From Dendrobates tinctorius (lineage: Eukaryota), in assembly GCF_039654945.1 (NCBI RefSeq), contig NW_027361840.1:10664001-10728000 (forward strand): 64,000 bases of DNA, in the 5' to 3' direction. The notes below the pieces were generated by a model. The model worked only from the letters and a program-made list of their open reading frames with translations. It was not told the DNA's origin and did not search any database. The translations under genes were made by a program, and so were the position numbers. Positions 59,535 to 64,000 of the stretch are shown here, piece after piece. Position 1 is the first letter of the stretch, and each line of letters begins with the position of its first letter.

Positions 59535-62391
59535 TATTTTAAAGTCCGACCTTGACTCCAGCGCTTTTTTTTTTTTTCTTTTTTTCTTTATTACGAGAAA
59601 TGTACAATGGATTTTGCTGCTCAGTGCTTGTAAAAAGCAGAAAAGAATTAAATTAGTCCTTACTGGGGTGGATTTGACAGTAATCTAATTTTTTTTACGT
59701 TTATAACCAACTTTTATAGTAAGTAGTTTGACACTCAACTCCACCGTTGTTTACTTTTCCAAAGTTTTATTGTTTTTCAAAACAAAACAATAACATCGAG
59801 TCATTAATTGACGCAACAGACGTTAGATCATACAAAATCAAGTGCAAGCGCAAACATAGCGATCAAAGTAATGGATAAAGTACAATAAACGGTATGTCAC
59901 AAATCAAGTTGAGGGACCACTTTGTTAAATAAAAATCCTACCAAACTCATACAGGGGAGGGAAGACATGGTCCCATACAGACCATTTCTTGAAGAATTTG
60001 TTGAAGTGATCATTATGAAGAGCGAATTGTAGCTCATGTGATCTATGTTGATTGATCAGTTTAATTATGTCATTAGAACTAGGTAAAAAATTGGATTTCC
60101 AATGGTATGCTATGGTGTTCTTCGTGACGAGACATATATGATTGAAAATAGGTCTCAGTGAATGATCTATTTCATCCAAATTTAATGAAAGCAGGGCAAT
60201 GCAGGGAGTAAGGTTGAAAGGCTTTCCAATTATTTTGTTGATTATAGATGAAGAGATTTGAGACCATAACAATTTAGTCATTGGGCATCCCCAAAAGACA
60301 TGCAGAATATCCCCTTTTTGGCCGCATCCTCTCCAACAAAGTGGGGAGTTTGAGGAACCTATGTGAGCCAGTCTCTTGGGAGTGTAATACCATCTGGAGA
60401 TAGTTTTATAGTGGGTCTCCTGTAGTGGGATGGACATTACAGATTGGTAAGCTGAAGATAGAGCGTCCTCCCAACTCAACATTGAGGGATTTTTAAGTAA
60501 TAATGTGTCGTTATTTTAAGTTATGGCTCCAAAAGATCTGGTGCTCATGATTGTTCAATAACTTTACAGATGCTTCAGAGAAATTGAATTTTAGGTCCAG
60601 AAAGGATTGTATGGTGTCTTTGAGGATTTGGTACTCTAGGAAAGAAGATGAGGAAATATTATATTTTCTCTTGAGAAAAATAAAACTCGAGAATTTGTTT
60701 TCGTGGAAGATGTCTCTTAGTTTGAAAATATTGGAATCTGCCCAGATAGGAGACAGAGTACGGTTGACGAGATTTGCTATGAAGGTAAGGGGGAGTTTTT
60801 TTGAATTTCAATTTGCTGAATTTTTAGTCTTGTTTTTGAGAACTTATTCCAGGCTGTAGCAATGGCCTGGAAGATTGGGTGAGCATTCATGTTGGGGAGG
60901 TTATTGGTAATGGCTTTGATAAGTGTGGCTTTGGGGTGTACATCGTTATTCAGAGTAGTTTCCAAATCAAGCCAGGCTGGGCTGTGAGAATCATTTAGCC
61001 AGTGAGCACTCTGATTAAAAGCGTGTTATAGTGAACTGTGATATTTGGTATGCAAATGCCTCCGTGTATTTTCTTTTTATATAACATTTGTGTTGCAACT
61101 CTTGGCTTCTTATGGCCCCATATAAAGGAATTTATCTGTGATTGCATGCTGGTAAGGTGGATAGAGATTATTGGGAGAGGAAGACATCTAAGTATGTGAA
61201 GAAGTTTAGGAATAGTGAACATTTTCATTGTCAAGACCTTCCCCCACCAGGTTAAGTGTTTAGTTTTATAGGTGGCATTGTCTTTAGTGATGATTTCAGT
61301 CATTTTATTAAGATTGGATTTGACCATCTGTGTGAGGTTTTTGGAGATGAGTATACCTAGGTGGGGAAGAGTTTTATTGGTCCAATTAAGAGAAGTAACT
61401 GTTTTGATATGAGACTGATTTTTCATTAACGTTAATCGGGAGAATATATGATTTTTGGTGGTTAATTTTAAGGTTAGATATGGCAGAGAATTGGTCAATT
61501 TCAAGGATAGTTTCAGGGATGGAGATGCAGGGTTCCGTAAGAGTAAGGAATAAGTCGGCGGCATAGAGGCTAATTTTATATTGGCGATTTTGCGTGTCTA
61601 TACCTTTTGATAGGATGGTTTCTAATTCGCTCTGCTAGGGGATCCATGGCAAGATTGAAAAGGAGAGGAGAAAGGGGGCAACCTTGCCTAGTGCCATTTT
61701 TTGAGGAATGTGTCAGATACATGGTTATTGCAAACTACTCTGGTTTTGGGGGATGAGTAAAGAGACATTATGGAGGTTACTAGTGAATCATTGAATCCAA
61801 ATTTAGTTAGGGTTTCTCGAAGGAAAGGCCAGCTTAATCTATCAAATGCTTTTTCTGCATCGAGCGATATTAGTCATAGGGTGTTTGGTAGCATTGGCGC
61901 ATTTTATGGAGTTTCAGTCTCCTTGTGGCATCTGCTGGTTGCCTTCCTTTGACAAAGCCCGACTGATCATTGTGAATAAGCCTAGGGAGAATAGAGCTAA
62001 GCCTGTTCGCTAGAATTTTAGCCCGACTGATCATTGTGAATAAGCCTAGGGAGAATAGAGCTAAGCCTGTTCGCTAGAATTTTAGAGTATAATTTAACAT
62101 CAGTGTTAAGGAGGGATATGGGTCTAAAATTCTCGATAGCCTCTGGATCTCCTTTGTTTTTAGGTAGAACTGAGATGGAAGCTTCCAACATCTCAGAGGG
62201 AAATTGACCTGTATTGGAAGCATGGTTAAAGGGTGAGGTGAGGTGAAAGGATAGTGTTGAAAGCTTTATAATACGTATTGGTGAACCCGTCGGGGCCTGG
62301 AGATTTGTGGAGGTCGAGCTTGTTGATGGCTTTCTGATTTGTCTATTGGGGCGGATAAGAACGAAAGGTCATTTTCAGAAAGAAGGGGGAG

Positions 62392-63272
62392 TGTCACGGG
62401 GTCCTTCTCTGGTATCACACAATCAACAGAGCAAGCGAAGAGTGAACAATTCCAAGACCTTTATTCAGGCAAAAATACGAAAAGGTCCATATTCAGTCCA
62501 CCACACAAAGGATAAGATAGTCCAGAATAAGAATGCAGTCCAGTATCAGGATACAATGTCCAGGGAAAGGAGATTTCAAAACTCTAGCATTCAGAAGATA
62601 AAAATGGATCCTTCTCTCTGAAATGCAGCCTTTTCACCATCCTGTCTATACCGGAACTGACCTGTCCAGCTGCTGTTCTTCCCCCCACCCCCTTCCTTGT
62701 CCAGGGGTAGTCCAACAAGTTGCCTCCCAGAGGAGAACAAAAGGCCTTGGGGATTAATGCACTACAGGGGGTCATCAAGAGACAGATACAGTGAGGCTGT
62801 AGACTTAAGGCCCTTTTACATTTAGCGATGCACCAGCGATCCAACCCGGTCAGGATCGCTGGTGCATCGCTACATGATCGCTAGTGAGCTTTCATACAGA
62901 AAAATCTCACAGCGACGCAGCGCACGATACTTACCATTCACACACAGCGATCCTGCGTCCTCCCGCCCGCCTCCACGCGTCGCTGGACGTCACAGCAGGA
63001 AGCGCCCGACGAGAAATGGAGCCGGACATTCTCGCGCGATCAGCAATAACCAGCGGGGGAGCCGGTCGCTGGTAAGTATCACACATAGCGATATCACTAG
63101 CAATATCGCTATAACGTCACAAAACCAGTGACGTTTTAGCGATATTGCTAGCGATATCGCTTAGTGTAAAGCCCGCTATACAATGTAATAAAAACTCTAT
63201 GAAAATAACTGGAATTGTTAAAAATAGGAATATACAAAAAATGACATCCACATAACATATCACACCATCACA
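62392..63272 (-). mobile_element. Solo LTR inserted in the L1
   Basis: TG...CA termini (TGTCACGG / CCATCACA); flanks GGAG/GAAG (4-bp TSD with 1 mismatch); minus-strand AATAAA at ~62460; L1 sequence resumes on both sides. Confidence 0.6.
62809..63177. mobile_element. MITE nested in the solo LTR, same family as 16510
   Basis: GGCCCTTTTACATTTAGCGATGCACCAGCGAT ... ATCGCTTAGTGTAAAGCCCGCT. Confidence 0.75.
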
Positions 63273-64000
63273 GAAGGTTAATAGATGAGAGGTAATTGGC
63301 AATTTCTGCTGTATTCTGAAGCGAAGATGTGGGGTTGGTATTTAAGTTGTAGAGATTGGCATAAAATTTTTCAAATTCATTTGAAATCTCTTGAGGATGG
63401 CAAATTTTGGAGTTTCCTACAAGAGATTTGATTGTTTATTTTACTTTGAATTCTGCTATCTTTAATTTTGTTGGCCATGTATTTTGTGGGCTTGTTTAGA
63501 GAGGTATAGTAATTGAATTTGGATGATCTCACTGCTGCTTCATAGGGGGCCTGAATTAGATTCCTAAAGTCAATTCTGAGTTTTGATAGGTCCGATTGAT
63601 GTTGTGATGGCGAGGGCAAACAAATTATATTGTTCTCTATTTTCCAAATTGATTTTTGGATATTGGAAATTTTTAGGTTATTTTCCTTTTTGTTCTTAGA
63701 GGAAATCTCTATTAGGATACCTCTTACCACTGCCTTGTGAGCACACCAATTTGTTAGCGGACTGGTGTCTTGTTCTCATTAAAATAGTTGTTGATAGCGT
63801 TTTGTAAGGTAACTTTATGTATGGGGTTATTGACAATGTTGGCGTTACATCTCCAAAGTTTAGTATTTCTTAGCGGAGGACCTAGAAATTTTTTTCCAAT
63901 AACCGGTGCATGGTCGGACATTGTTCTGTGGCCAATAGAGACATCTTCAAATCTGGTAAGAGAAAAAACATCAGAAACGATGAGGTCGATTCGCGATGCG

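Larger units (their letters stand above)
59755..64000 (-). mobile_element. L1-clade LINE ORF2, decayed, running off the window
   Basis: C-terminal CWRGCGQKGDILHVFWGC knuckle; [21 protein letters not shown] (~61640-61697); endonuclease SRID/SDHAPV near 63900-64000; minus-strand AATAAA at ~59766; 62-bp tandem duplication near 61960-62083. Confidence 0.88.

Noticed and set aside
59529-59800. Convergent L1 3' end about 230 bp from the gene's poly(A) signal as an antisense regulator
   Set aside because: The L1 is decayed and its promoter is outside the window; nothing in the sequence indicates transcription

Overview
Vertebrate genomic DNA, most likely a frog (inferred from the repeat families; not verifiable here). 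The window holds one complete + strand host gene that the ORF track only partly shows. It has a CpG-rich GC-box/CCAAT promoter (~9050-9450) and five coding exons: 9514-9549, 34429-34549, 36030-36155, 44606-45076 and 54088-56963. All splice sites are GT-AG, the phases are compatible, and the CDS is 3630 nt (1209 aa); a poly(A) signal lies at 59529. The protein is an unusual KRAB protein. It has a divergent KRAB-A+B, two copies of an unrecognised C-x2-C-x3-C-x3-C module that arose by internal duplication, four tandem TPPITI[S/T]N[V/I]R repeats resembling calcineurin-docking PxIxIT motifs, SIM-like patches, a long low-complexity region and only one C2H2 finger. The rest of the window is repeats: a ~35-bp minisatellite in several arrays, a near-intact L2 LINE with a 2A-like peptide, five Tc1-type elements (four with readable DD34E, DD36E, DD37E and DD38E spacings; the DD36E copy is intact), Penelope-like relics carrying hammerhead ribozyme motifs, a non-autonomous Helitron, many palindromic MITEs, a decayed Gypsy element, a solo LTR and an L1. 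Repeat coordinates were read by eye and may be off by a few bases.
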